42,550 nucleotides of DNA, from positions 48,438,619 to 48,481,168 of the forward strand of contig NC_068981.1 in NCBI RefSeq assembly GCF_001194135.2, read 5' to 3'. This document shows, piece by piece, positions 1 through 13,262 of the stretch. A program made the translations under genes and the position numbers. Within the stretch, counting starts at the first letter, position 1; each line of letters starts with the position of its first letter. The notes under the pieces are model-generated. The model searched no databases. It saw only the letters and a program-made list of their open reading frames with translations, and had not been told where the DNA came from. Source of the stretch: Octopus bimaculoides. Its lineage: Eukaryota.

Positions 1-300
1 AGACATACACAGACACACACATATATATACATATACATATATACATATACATACACATGTGGACATACACACTCACATATACTTGTATACACTATCATAT
101 ACACACATGTATATTTACACACACACATACATCTAAATATGGACATGTATTTTTTTATAAAAAATACATCTACACAAATAGGCTCCCATACTTATTCATA
201 AGTACACTCATATATGAATATATAAATAAACCTATGTGTAAATAAATACATCTTTACACAAAAATGTACATACATCCAAAAAATCATACGTAAATGCATA
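1..300. repeat. Degenerate (CA)/(TA)/(CATA) microsatellite field
   Basis: Alternating ACAC/ATAT/CATA units seen directly. The HIYT-type ORFs here are translation artefacts. Confidence 0.85.
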
Positions 301-738
301 TTGATATATTTTTTTTTAAATATATTAATAAGAGTAAAAATAAGGGTAAAAGCAAAAATATAAATGTTAATGCGTTTTTGTACACAAAAAAGTCAATAGA
401 AACACCTCTAGTTTATACAAAACCCTGAATATGTATACACACACACACACATACACATGTTCTCTCACAGATACACGCGTATATATAAAAACACCCATAC
501 CGGTATGTTCATACGTACATAAATTTTGTATGTTTTGGTTGTTACAAGAGTTTATCAAGATTTTAAATATGCTCTAATTTAGGTTAATAAATTACGAAAG
601 TTTAGATAAATAATTTGAATCTTAAATAATTTTAATCTTCTAACCTTTGAGGGAATAATAGTATGTTTTATTAGAACTATTTGAAGAATGTACTTATTAC
701 GGGTAAATATGATAGCCTTTAATAAAAACCATTGACAG

Positions 739-1460
739 TTATTTAAATGCTGAAAATGTGTGTTTTTGGCAGTGTCTACATCTGTAAGAATGTTCTTTGA
801 AAGTATTTACCAGGTTATTCTTTGAAAATAAAATAAAGAGGAGTTCTGTAACACAAATATTGCAAACTTTTCCACCCTTTTCATATGGCTTAGAAATAGA
901 AAGAATAAGCCAGTCTAGTTTAAATTTAATGTTATTATCTTTAAGATCCCAAATTAGTTTGCTAAGGCTCGTGGAATTACATTTGTTTCTATCTCTAAAG
1001 GATGAAAAATGGTTAGAAATTCTAGTGGATAATGGTGTATTTGTGTATTTGTGAGTATTTGTGGTAGTACTAACTTGGTATTGGTAGATAGTGTTTCTGA
1101 GTTTCGCATTTTCACTTAAAAAACTAATTCTTTTGCTATTGACTTCTGAAATAATGATTTTGTTGTTGTAACTATTACTATTATGTGTCGTGTTATTATT
1201 ATTATTATTAGTATTATTATTGTTATTTTGGTAAGGGTTAATAATGTTTGGTTCAATGTTATTACTGTTTGAAATCTCTAGTGCATGCAAAAGCCTCATA
1301 TTGTGTGCAGATGTCTTACGTTTAAGATGATTTACATACTTTCGTGAAGAGAAGGTTACACTTTTAATATCACAGATCCCTATGGATCACATGGGTTGTA
1401 ATCCTTTGAAACATGTAGGAATAAAGTTTGCAATTATAACATGCGTTTTCTCCATTCCTT
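739..1460 (-). mobile_element. Penelope-like element (Naiad-type) 3' part: linker plus GIY-YIG endonuclease domain; 5' side lost in the N-gap
   Basis: ORF 739..1299 reads NTIYQYQV..TRISNHFSSFR..NSTSLSKLIWDLKDNNIKFKLDWLIL..KPYEKGGKVCNICVTELLFIL..LVN..RCRH, matching the PLE GIY-YIG pattern. Upstream KRKTSAHNMRLL fits the Naiad linker (IIxxHNxxLL). One TGA lies upstream in the same frame. Confidence 0.85.
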
Positions 1461-1476
1461 ACATTTTTAAATATAT

Positions 1477-2070
1477 NNNNNNNNNNNNNNNNNNNNNNNN
1501 NNNNNNNNNNNNNNNNNNNNNNNNNNNNNNNNNNNNNNNNNNNNNNNNNNNNNNNNNNNNNNNNNNNNNNNNNNNNNNNNNNNNNNNNNNNNNNNNNNNN
1601 NNNNNNNNNNNNNNNNNNNNNNNNNNNNNNNNNNNNNNNNNNNNNNNNNNNNNNNNNNNNNNNNNNNNNNNNNNNNNNNNNNNNNNNNNNNNNNNNNNNN
1701 NNNNNNNNNNNNNNNNNNNNNNNNNNNNNNNNNNNNNNNNNNNNNNNNNNNNNNNNNNNNNNNNNNNNNNNNNNNNNNNNNNNNNNNNNNNNNNNNNNNN
1801 NNNNNNNNNNNNNNNNNNNNNNNNNNNNNNNNNNNNNNNNNNNNNNNNNNNNNNNNNNNNNNNNNNNNNNNNNNNNNNNNNNNNNNNNNNNNNNNNNNNN
1901 NNNNNNNNNNNNNNNNNNNNNNNNNNNNNNNNNNNNNNNNNNNNNNNNNNNNNNNNNNNNNNNNNNNNNNNNNNNNNNNNNNNNNNNNNNNNNNNNNNNN
2001 NNNNNNNNNNNNNNNNNNNNNNNNNNNNNNNNNNNNNNNNNNNNNNNNNNNNNNNNNNNNNNNNNNNNNN
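1477..2070. other. Assembly gap (N run)
   Basis: Run of N. Confidence 1.
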
Positions 2071-2402
2071 GCTTTCTTTTCATTTCTTTGTGCATAATAT
2101 GGAAAATGAAGAAATTAAAATCGTGTATCATCAGTTAGCTTAGCCGATGATCTCTGAAAATATAATTAAGTAACTTAAAATCCAGGTCAAAGAAAGAAAT
2201 ATATACAAATTAAAGATACATTTTTCTGTTTTTTTTTTAATGTCTAATGATTATCTTATCGATTACTTTCCCTGAACTGCTTGATTGAAGGATAGAAACA
2301 AAACTACAACATTTGTTAAGCGGTGGTGTGGGACAATGGGAATCACACACTCACATACACATACGGACGCGTGTGCATACACACCAACACACACTTAAAT
2401 AT

Positions 2403-2447
2403 AGGTATGTATGTATGTATGTATGTATGTATGTATGCATGTATGTA
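2403..2447. repeat. (GTAT)n microsatellite
   Basis: Seen directly. Confidence 0.9.
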
Positions 2448-3469
2448 TACGGTTTTGTCTTTCACATTCCCTCTACGAAATCCATTCACAAAACTTTGCC
2501 ACAAGAAAAAGATCCCAGAAATAATGATGATCTTACAGACTTAAATGAAAATAGCAGCGGTAAAATTCGACTCCGTAGGAAATTAGAAGCGGAAAAACAA
2601 ATATTGGTGTGGTTGTCACTTTATGCCATAAAACATACATTAGCAAAATTTAACACCACAAACAGTGATAGCTTTGCAAGTTGAAATTGTGAAGGCACAC
2701 AACTTCACATTTGTATGACATGTGTCATTGACATTTCCCGCTTACATAAGACTCCTTTAATACGTCGCTACCACATTTCGATTTGGATAAAAGTTTTTGG
2801 AGAAACAAATATTAAGCGTATACTTTTTCGGAGAAAATGTGTGGATGAAAATAACATTTTGGCAGCTTTACCTAAGGTTAGATTTTATCGATGATGTTAA
2901 AGAAAATATTTCGGAAACTATTGCTCAATATGCAACGCAGAGGGACTGAACACGTAGCCATGTGAGTGAAAAGCACGGCTCTTACTATGTAGCCTCGCTT
3001 TTGCTTCTCAAGAAAATTCTAAATAATTATAAAGGAACTTACCACAAAAAGTTAAACATTGCAAATATTTCCAAGCAAAATATAACAATACATATTACGT
3101 CTTGTAAATCAAAGAATATTTAAACAACGCGTAAATACATTACACCAAATATCAAGTGAAAACTGTGATCAAACCAGAAAAAAAAAGTGAATAAAAAATT
3201 TTGTTTAATTGAAAATCTAGGGAAAATTATTGAATCATTGTAAACGTGTACATTAGTAATATGATAAGAATCTATAGATGGAAATAGTTAAAAAATTAAG
3301 CTCAATAAACTTACACCCTACAGATCAGTGAAGGCGTTACTAGATGTCTTTATTTTCGGAAATTTTTAGTTTTGTTTTAATCTATTTTCTTTTGTTGTAC
3401 GTATTTGCAGGCTGATGTTCGACTGTATACTTATCATAACACTTAATTTTTTCATTCTTTTGTGAATAG

Positions 3470-3511
3470 GTTTACATGCTATTGGTAATGAAGAATTTTT
3501 GTATTGACCAT
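3470..3511 (+). other. Candidate 42-nt exon (VYMLLVMKNFCIDH in phase 0) or non-coding exon
   Basis: Pyrimidine-rich tract plus AG at 3468-3469, an alternative strong acceptor ending TTTGCAG at 3410, and donor GTAAGT at 3512. No homology recognised. Confidence 0.25.
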
Positions 3512-3650
3512 GTAAGTATTGTTTAAAGAAGAAATATAACTAGAAAATTAAAGACAGACAATAAACTTCATTGAAAGGTTCAAACATAAGCCTCGTAGTG
3601 TTTCGAAACAGATGAAGCACATAAATATCTGTAGTAAGAATCATGTAATC

Positions 3651-3850
3651 TTTTCTACTCTAGGCACAAGAACAGAAATGTTGGGGGTGGGGACCAGTGG
3701 ATTAGATCGACCCCACTACGTCATTGGTACTTACTTTATCGACCCCGAAACAATAAAAGGGAAAATTGATCTCTACGGAATTTGTAAAGACAGACGAAAT
3801 GCTACTAAGCATTTCGCCCGGCGTGCTAAGGTTTCTGCCTGCTCACCGCA
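3651..3850 (-). mobile_element. tRNA-derived SINE (octopus OK/OR-type), B-box deleted
   Basis: Minus strand has an A-box-like AGGCAGAAACCTTAG (3826-3840) followed by CACGCCGGGCGAAATGCTTAG and the GGGGTCGATAAA..GTACCA..GGGGTCGATCTAATC body I recall from the abundant octopus SINE. The GTTCAAAT B-box segment is missing near 3784. Confidence 0.8.
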
Positions 3851-5084
3851 TTATAAGTGTCATGTAATATAAAAATACTATATCAGCATTAAGATGGAGA
3901 TATTAGAAAACAAATATAGAGTCCAAATTATTCAACGCAGGTGCGAAATCATTGTTAGGTAACGAAAATTACAGAAATATAACATATAATAAAAAGACGC
4001 TCCAGTAAGCAAAGACATCACCACTAAATGTTGCTTAGACAGTTGCTATGAAAAGCATCAGCCAATTATTCGATACAAACACATCGAATCAATGCCCCAT
4101 ACTAATATCACAAAAAACAATTAAAGTTAAAATACTCAACCATAATCACACAAGTAGAATATTATTGGACGATAGATAATAGACGGCAGTGACAGTGACT
4201 GGGGAATGTATTTAAAATATAATATATGCTGCAACTGAATACTTCTAAGGGATTACATATCCATATAACGAAGACAATAATAAAATGAAAGTGAAAGTCA
4301 TGAAAAATATATCCGAAACTTCTATATTAGGCACCGTATATACATGCCGTGATATTACAAGACTTTCTGTTTGAGTCATAAATATTGCTTTAAGAGCATA
4401 ACGGGGGAGCAAGCATCATTTAATCCACAAGATTAAGGAAGGCATAAAGCAAATGCACGTGGCAATTACTTGGGTGCCTATAGCGTAGAATGCTATAATT
4501 GAAATATAGTAAGATATGTCCTGATGGATTGTATACTAGCTCATTTTGTTGGTGAAGCCAATACCCGATCAGTGAATGTATAACCGAAGATTTTGAGCAG
4601 GAAATAATTAATTTCATATTGAATAATTTTGGTGATGCTTATACTAAGTTGAATCCCTGTTTTAATTGTTTTGCCCTATTTTTTCTGGATTTAAGACTTT
4701 CAGAGTGTATCCTAATTTACTCTGAATGAAGTCGTGCATAAAATCAAGGTAGGAGAATCAGCATTAATGTGTGTATGAATGACTCCAAATTGCAGGCTGT
4801 AGATTATAAACAGCAACGAATGTAAGTATATAGATTCTATATATTCACTGGGCATACTGACTGGAAATTACATTTAGAATATGAAAACAGAAGTGAAGAA
4901 ACCCAAAATGGCAATTAATATGATGTTAGATACTGAGATAATAGGGAGTTACTCGAATCATGGATTTAAATTAAGAATCAGACACACACAAACGATAACA
5001 CAGTTCAGAAAAATTATATTTATACGCCATTAATATTCAACTTTCTGAAACAAAATGAATTAAGGTAATAAACTAGGGAAATGA

Positions 5085-5255
5085 GAAACAGAAGGAAAAC
5101 GAGGATGGGAAGAAGACATAGAAGGGGAGGAGGAGAAAAATTCAAGAGGAAGAGTAATTGAAAGAGATGTTGCGAAGGAGAAAATGAAGGGAAGAAGGTG
5201 AAAGAGGAGAGAAATATGAGAAAGAGTAAGAGAAGAAGGAAGAGGGATGGATGGT
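5085..5255. repeat. Purine-rich (GA/GAA/GGA) low-complexity tract
   Basis: Almost only A and G on the + strand. Confidence 0.75.
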
Positions 5256-5785
5256 GATGACGACTAATAGTATTTCAAATATAAAAGATGCAAACAGTTG
5301 GTTTAATAATGCCATAAGGAACGAGATTAATCTTACAGCCGAAGAAACATAGTTATAAATCAAATGTTGGGAAGAGAAATGTATATTTCATAGTGATTAC
5401 TGAAAATAAAAACCTTTTAAAAGTTATTAATAATTGATGAATTGCGTTGACAAGTATATGTGCTCCAGGAGAACAAGTATACTTTATAAATGCCTGCTGC
5501 CTCATCTTGTACCGGAAATATGTTGCATTTGCTTTTCGTTTATGTTTACGCTAAAGTTGAAAATGTGGTGACAGTTGTATCATATATGGCTTCAAAAGTT
5601 GAAATATGATTCTCTAGATTTAGATTTTGCTTGAGTGCTATTGAGAATATGTGGAATCTTCGCACAGAAACGGTTTTAGTCATAGTTTATATTTGTCATG
5701 TTACGTTTTATTTATGTTTGTTATTATAGATGAATTGATAATTGTAACATAAGAAAAAATATGAGCATTTAAAGTTACAAGATTA

Positions 5786-6700
5786 TACGAGGGTGGGATG
5801 AAAAGTTCATAAGCTGACTATCAAGGAGTGAGGATTTTTTAATGTAATAATTTCAACTCTTATTAAAACAGTGATATATTTTTAAAGGTAAACTGATATC
5901 TCACAGTTCAATGAATTTATAGGAACATAAAAGCGAATTCTCGTGAAAATGGACAAGGTTGTTATCATGCTGTAAATATGTCACTGCACAAAAACAGATT
6001 TAGCAGCTAAGGACTTTCATGCTATCATGAATGGTTACTATATTAGGGGAAGATATTGCAGCATTATCAATAGTGCTAAAGCGCACATTTGAATTTAGGA
6101 GTGAGGAGGGATACTCCTGAAAATTGTTCTCAGTCTGGACGTCCTGAACCTGCCACAACCAAAGAAAACAGTAATAGCGTTCCACACATGGTGATGTGTG
6201 GAAGGTGGCTGAATATAAATCAAATAGCCAATGTAATCAATATATCCCGTGGGAGGGTTGAGAATATTCTGCACAATAAACGTTGCATACAGAAGGTTTC
6301 TGCCAACTAATCAAAACCACACCAGGCTGATCACAACACATAACCTTACATTGTTTCAAGTAGATTCTTCAGATTTCCAAAAACGTGTCCAAACCCAGTT
6401 TGAAGGCTGGTTTCATCACCTTCATCAAGAGAAAAATAGACAGGTCAAGCGGTAGAAACACACCACCTCATTTGCTCCAAAGTAGGTCGAGGTCCTTTTT
6501 ATCACCAGGGAATGCGATGGATTCAGATTTGGGGGATGGAAAAGGCATTTACTTTATTGACTACTTTTGAAAGGCCACATCATCAATGGAGAGTACTCTA
6601 AGACCGAAAGCCTACGAGAATTGACTCATAACTGTTTTTGCTTCATCGGAACACAGCTCCTGCACTTTGTACTCTCATCGATGACTTGCTACTAGTCAAA
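5786..6700 (+). mobile_element. Mariner-type DNA transposon relic (transposase pseudogene, left ITR only)
   Basis: Starts TA|CGAGGGTGGGATGAAAAGTTC (mariner-like ITR). Fragments SGRPEPATT..RWLNINQIANVINISRGRVENILH..QKVSA, TQFEGWFHH (decayed TxDExWVHH) and DGKGIYFIDY. Multiple stops and frameshifts. No right ITR found. Confidence 0.85.
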
Positions 6701-9700
6701 ACCACGTGTGCATCAAATTCCTTCCGATAAAGCCAAGCAAAAATCTTTGTAAACATGACTAACATTTATTAAAATGTTGGTCATGTATACAAAGATTTAT
6801 GATTTTTTTAATTCACAACTCATACTATATGTCAACAGAGTAATATCGTACACCAGGTAACATATTTCAATCATGTAGTATCTCGCTCACTATACGAATT
6901 AGATTAATTACAGTAAGCAGTTATTTGTAAAAGAATACAGTATTTCTTTAACTGTATAAGCACAGTATTTACTTTACTGGATATTACACGATAGTTATTA
7001 ATTATCTTCACTTTTGCTGAAGGTTCACCGTAGAGCAAGTCACTTTATAAGGAAAGAGACATACACTCATATTCTTTCCAGCCTTTATCGTCAGGTACAA
7101 TTTTTTAATATGCATTATACATTATCCAATTCATTTGATGTATTAAAACCGGAGAAGTGTGATCTGCGTGTGTTCTGATATGGTTTGAGCTTTACAAATC
7201 ATGTGGCGTTTTTCTTTGGACAACATCCTATATTTTAACATTAATATATTCGACAATATTTTGCCACTGTGTAGGTAGGAGGTACATTCCCCACAATGAA
7301 TTACGTCTTTATGTGTTGTGGATCCTATGGTTTCTAAATATAATTTTGAGATAATTGTTAAATGTCCCGCAGTTTTCATTAAATGGAACATATATTTATA
7401 TTATATTTGGAATGATAGATGATTTTAATCTCAAGATCTCATGATTTGCCTGTGATATATCACAATACTACATAGTTTCAGTAAATATAGGTTTAACTAA
7501 TGAGATACAGCGATTTTACTAAAGTAATCTATTAATTATTTTGTATATTGAAGCTAAGCAGCCAGCTTTTCTATCAATGTATAGCACCTATCCATTTGCT
7601 TTCCTTTTATTGGGATAATACTTAACAATATATTACAAAAGCTAAGGCGAAATCTATTTCCTAGATATATCTCTGTAGAAAAATGCGGGCATCATGTGTT
7701 GTACGGTTTCGTTTTAATTGTATCACCAAGTAATGCTGTATATTTTATTAAAACAGCCATTTCGCAGAGACACTCACACACAGATATTTACAGAAGTATA
7801 TGAATATATGATATAAATATACATATTTTTTTTCCACAAAGCGCAAGCTTTATTACAATTCTGCCAATCTCTTGAGGCTAGTCACCAGGTACAAACTTCA
7901 TATCCACAAACTAAACATAAGCCCTTTGGAATTTAACAAATTCACAGAATCTATCACTCCCATGTGAAGATCCTAAGTAAACATAATTAGAAGAAATACA
8001 TGTGGAAAGGGATCTTGATAAAATCAGTATTGTTAGCATGACAACGCTTTCTTTCCTTTCCATTCTGTTTCTTTAACAATATTTAAACTTGATAAATACT
8101 GAGTCTCTGTATGTATTTTGATATTTAATTGTTCAGCGTTATTTATATCCCTTCTGTCGTATACATTACATTCCATACGTTTCTTTCTTAATTAAAATCC
8201 ATTCAACATTGTTATACTTATTTTCTTAGAAATTTAATTACATGTATTTCACAAATATTCCTTTTCTTAAAACAAAAACAAAACCAAAATATATCTCGAG
8301 GTATTATATGCTTTGTAAACGTCATGATTTAAGAGGCTGTTGGCGAAAATAGGCACGAATGAACTTTTAAACATTAGAATGGACATATTACTACGTCTCT
8401 TTGATAGATATTCAAGAAGCAGCGTATTCATTGGATCATTAGATGTATTATATTGAGCTTTGTCTATTAGACAATTATAATTTTTAATAAGATTAAAACT
8501 ATGAATCTTCAGTAATGAAATGTCAAGTTTTTTGTTTTTTTTTACGTAAATAAGCCCGTTAGCTGCGGCCAGGTCGGGAATCATCCGTTTGTGTTGCCAC
8601 ACTTTTACTGAGCTTTTTTTGTTTTAGTTTGCATTTGGTGAAGGAGAAAAATCGAAGTTACAACTCTCAAGTGTTTCTGTCACTGCCAAGTAGAATTCCA
8701 AATAGAATTTTGAAGATATTTATATTCAATGCACGTGGCTCTCCTACGTCGTTTTCTAGGATATTGAAGATTTGCGAGATTTGTACTCCATATCATTGCA
8801 GTAACTGGTTATAAATCTGAAGAGAGAGGATAAGATTTTTAGCACAATGCAGTGACGACCTGTTTGATAAGTACTATAGCTTTCAATGCTTAATCGTTGT
8901 TCATGTCATTCTAGAAACCTCGAGACATTAGAACTGTATACCTTTCCCGTGTTTGCTTTTGGGAACAGAGTTTAAACTTATTGACTATTACTGCTTGACT
9001 TTTATCTTTCGAAATGTTACAACTACCCAGTTTTCCGACTATGCTGAGAACATTGTACTCCGTAGTAGTACCTATCAATTCTTATATTACAATAACTAAT
9101 GCAACAACAAATGCAAGACCAACAGGAATTAATGAACAAAATCAATGATAACACACGGAAGTGAAAGAAAAGCATTCTCAGTCACTGGAATAGAAAGAAA
9201 TAATATCAAGTTCCTAAAAAGAAACGATTTGTATGTTTGAAAGTGCGATCCAAATATTCCTTGACTCGGCTGCAATATGTTACCTGACTAATTGCAGGTT
9301 ACAAAAAAAAGGGTGATTTCTTACAAGTCAATCAATATAAAGGGAATATGACTTCGGTAGCAACGCGTTGCATATATTAAAATATATTTCGGAGTGTGGT
9401 GAACAGTACAACATGTTGCAAGAAAAAAAACTAGACAAAGCGGGCGTTGTTGTCTGAAATAGCAAAATGGCGTGTAGAGTTGTGGTTACAACCTGTGACA
9501 CAACACGCATATTTATAATGCATTTCCTATACAGCAAAAAGTCAAAGACGACGCAATTAATAATATGAAGTGTTATTTATCTACATGTAAACAGTAACAA
9601 TGATATCTATAATCAAAATTGCATTAGGAAACGACAAATACAATTCAAAAATATAAAACATGGACACGAGAATATAACTTGGCCTGGAAATTTTGTTTGT

Positions 9701-10666
9701 TTAAACAATTTTGTTTTCGAGGGTCGTAATAAAGAAAATACGATGAATGTTAGAAGTAAAATCCACTTCAAGTGCGACAAAAATAGTTTTCTTCTTCAAC
9801 TGCGAGACTGGGAGCCGACAATACAATTATCAAACGATGTTAAGTATAACAAACAACTCTACCACTGCAAAATATCAACAGCGGAATGTCAGCAGCGGAA
9901 ACAAAGGTGTCAACTATAGTTGGATATGCTTGGAAATTTATAGCTTTCCGCTTCCATCATGAACATCCGAATCCTCAACACCAAAATTATAAGCCCCACC
10001 TCCACACTCCAAACACCTACCAAATAAGGAAGTGACCTAGGAACACGCAACCGACTCCAGATGATATATAGTAGAGATGCAGTCTTGAAGTAAGAAAGGA
10101 AGGAGTTCCATTTCTGAGCTGGGTTACCGGAAACGCAATGTTTGACAGTACCGTGACTATAAATACTCAGCAGGACAATGCTTAACCGATCCATCATCCG
10201 ACAAACCAACTATCACAACAAAATTAAAGGAACATGAACAAGAACAAAGGCAACCGTTATGTGCCACAACATGGAACACCATCTACATAACTGTAAGCCA
10301 CAATCTGTACAATATAAGCTAGTATCAAAATCAAACAGCAATACCAAAAAACAGAAACGAAAGCAGTAAATGTAACAGAATTCCTATTTCAGTTGATATT
10401 CTACATGAGATAACATTCTCGAAAATTACATATGGGTGATTTCTAGTAAGTAAGAACTACATCAGTTGTGTATCGCTCCCTCAGAAAATATAGCTAAGAT
10501 GTATAACGCTTTAAACAATTTTAGAGATGCAGGAGTGAACTTTCAAACTCTTCGAATATATTCCTAGTTTAAGATACACCCATTCTTCTAACCTCCTGTT
10601 AGAAGTAGCTTTGCTAGAATTAGATATAGTATATACGTGTTACCTTCTATATATGGGCGCGTAATG

Positions 10667-10874
10667 AAGCATCTTCTGGCACTGATTCTAGTTTTAATAG
10701 TTATTACTGTTCTATGACTTCAACCACGAATTTGCTCGCCATCTCTCTGGGTGGCTACGTGGTCTCAATCAAGCATCTCGTGGTACTGATTCTAGTTTTA
10801 ATAGTTATTACTGTTCTATGAATTCAAACAGAAATTTGCTCGCCATCTCTACGGATGGCTACGTAGTCTCAGTC
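10667..10874. repeat. 104-bp direct tandem duplication (2 copies)
   Basis: Copy 1 is 10667-10770 and copy 2 is 10771-10874. Both carry the identical core ACTGATTCTAGTTTTAATAGTTATTACTGTTCTATGA and AATTTGCTCGCCATCTCT. Confidence 0.95.
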
Positions 10875-12394
10875 AGCGACCTCCACTATCTTCGTTATAT
10901 CGGGACAATTAAAGTGCAAGCAAACCTTATATGTTTGATAGATTTTCGACCAAAATGAACCGCTGAAGATAAACTTTAACCAGCAATTGCCTATGTCCAT
11001 TAACCATAATGTGAATCACAAAACAGATAAAACAGCAAGACATTTTGATATACCTTGTCATTCTGAATTTAATTGTCTTTAACCTAGACACAGTACTCCT
11101 TCTCCAGAAAGCCTAGACAGCCGGACGAAAAACTAATCTTTCTTGGCAGTGCAAACTCCTTTAGTTTCATAGTTTGGGAGACGGCAATGGTAATTATAAA
11201 TCCTGATTCACGTATGTGACAACAGTTATGTTGATTAGAATTGTTGTGTTAGTTATTATTGAAAACGAAAGACGAACAATAACATAACTATGAAGTTCAA
11301 TTGATTGATGTATCAAAATAAATGTAGCAATACATGTAGTTAGATTGTTGTTAGATATGTAGGTATTTGAAACCGAATGTTGCAATGATGCTGGAAGTCG
11401 CATACAGTCATATTTAATATATGTATATCTGTGTGTAGGTATGCATATATATATATGTGTGTAGATTTATAAAAATCGATACTCCCGCATTTATTGAATG
11501 AGGAAAAGTGAAACATTTTATCGACAGTAAGGGATAAAGATAAAAAAGGATAATTGTATGACTGTGTGGAAGGAAATCACCCGGTGAATAAATTTCTGGA
11601 TGGATGAATCAATGGATGTTTAGGTGAATAATTGTTGGAATGGACTGATTAATGGATATAGATATAAATTGATTCATATGTCTAGAACATATTGCTGATA
11701 GGGATATTAATAACAACTATACTTATTTTGATTGCTAGACAGTTATATAGGAAATTGATTGATGGATTGCTTCATTGATTAATTAATGACTTGTAAACTT
11801 TTAACCGAAATATTTGTGTTAATGACGGAAATGCTCTAGTGTTCAGAGGATATCCTCGTTATTTAATATTTAAACGTAAAACACGTTTGAAATTGTAATC
11901 ACACATGAAAAAAATAACATTCACATCTATTCATGATATTGCAGTTCTTACCGAACGCTGTTTCCTTTTTCGTGCTATAATGAGAGAATTTTGAATTTAG
12001 CTGTAAGATTCCTCTCGCTTGCTGTATTCATATAGCAGTGTAATGAAACAGAAAATTATATTATGAAACAATAACGCGATACGCAGTTTCAAATGCCCGA
12101 ACCAAACTAAAACAATAAAAATACATATACGCTCGTACATGAGCTATATATACGTACATATATACGATCACGCGTTGCTGTATGTCTGCAAAAGAGATCA
12201 ACTTCAGTAGACTGTAACATGTACATGTTTTCATGGTAAGTGGTTGATTAGACTTTATCGATTCCAGGGGACCAAAAAGTGTACACTTTCATGGCACAAG
12301 TAGTTGGATTAATCCAATGCTGTTACACTAAGACGACTGTCGCATTGATATATGTATAGCTTGTACACGATCTATATTACAAGGCGGCAGCACT

Positions 12395-12615
12395 ACACAC
12401 TGGAACGAAGAAGCGAAAATTAGACTGCCATACACATGGAGAATCCTTGAAAGTCTAGCATCTAAATTTGGGATTGAAAATTATCGTCATGCCCACTCTG
12501 GAGAACGCAGAATTTTACAATTTTCCCTTCCGTTAATGATGGCGCAATAATCTAGAAGCTCAGCGTTCGATGGACCACAATTTTTCAAAAACTAATCTAA
12601 AACTTTGAAGGACCT
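12395..12615 (+). mobile_element. Possible heavily decayed Naiad-type GIY-YIG C-terminal remnant
   Basis: Frame reads WNEEAKIRLPYTWRILESLASKFG..ERRILQF..SRS..QFFKN, resembling WxLKExxIPYxIxWxILE..ExxxIL..NSRSE. The cysteines are absent. Confidence 0.35.
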
Positions 12616-13164
12616 AAGATAAACAGACGTGAAGATATAAATATACACATCTTTCTTTTCATCTGAGATGAACAAATATGAATAGATGAAGTCATGACGA
12701 TATAGGTGTTGATATCATCTCACTCTTTCAGGTAAACTAAACACAGCGAGTGGAAATTAAAATTGAAATTAAGTAAAGTCATAATAGTTACAATGACAAT
12801 GTCTGCATGACCGTAGACTGTGAGCATGTGTCTGGTGAAAACAAATATATGTATGAATATGTATGCATATATATATATGTATGTATGTACGTATGGATGT
12901 ATGTTCGGATAATCAGTACTTTATTATCTCCCCTTCTTCCTACCTATCCTGTCCAACAACCTTTCCAATCAGTTGCTCTGATAGATCGCTAAATCCACCT
13001 TTTTTCTTTATTCTACCTTTTTATTTACTCGTATTCTTTTCCACTGAAGAGCATGGGCTCGAAACGTAAAATACATTCTCATTGTTTCCAGCGTCAAACT
13101 ATTACAACTGCTTGTTATTTGTACACCTGCCTTCGTCTTTCGTTTTTCTGTAAACTTCAACTGT

Positions 13165-13262
13165 ACTATGTATGTCTGTATGTACATACATACATACATA
13201 TATATAGAGAGAGACAGGCAGACAGATAGAACGAGAGAGAGGGAGGGTGAGATAGAGAGATT
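13165..13262. repeat. Compound (TACA)n/(GA)n microsatellite
   Basis: Seen directly. Confidence 0.85.

Noticed and set aside
1370-2143. Long ORFs spanning N-runs (also 13943-14734, 19025-20141, 26827-27414)
   Set aside because: Their length comes from X codons in assembly gaps plus microsatellite translation.
2313-3000. 123-aa ORF and following frames as a possible gene or DNA transposase
   Set aside because: The N-terminal half is microsatellite-derived, and no motif was recognised in the remainder.
7143-7391. Minus-strand ORF faintly like a Naiad GIY-YIG start (DVIHCGECTS..QTISEH)
   Set aside because: No YIG, RxxNH or W motifs. The similarity is within chance for AT-rich DNA.
8267-8602. 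111-aa minus-strand ORF
   Set aside because: No recognisable domain, contains a poly-A-derived K run, and has no convincing splice or start context.
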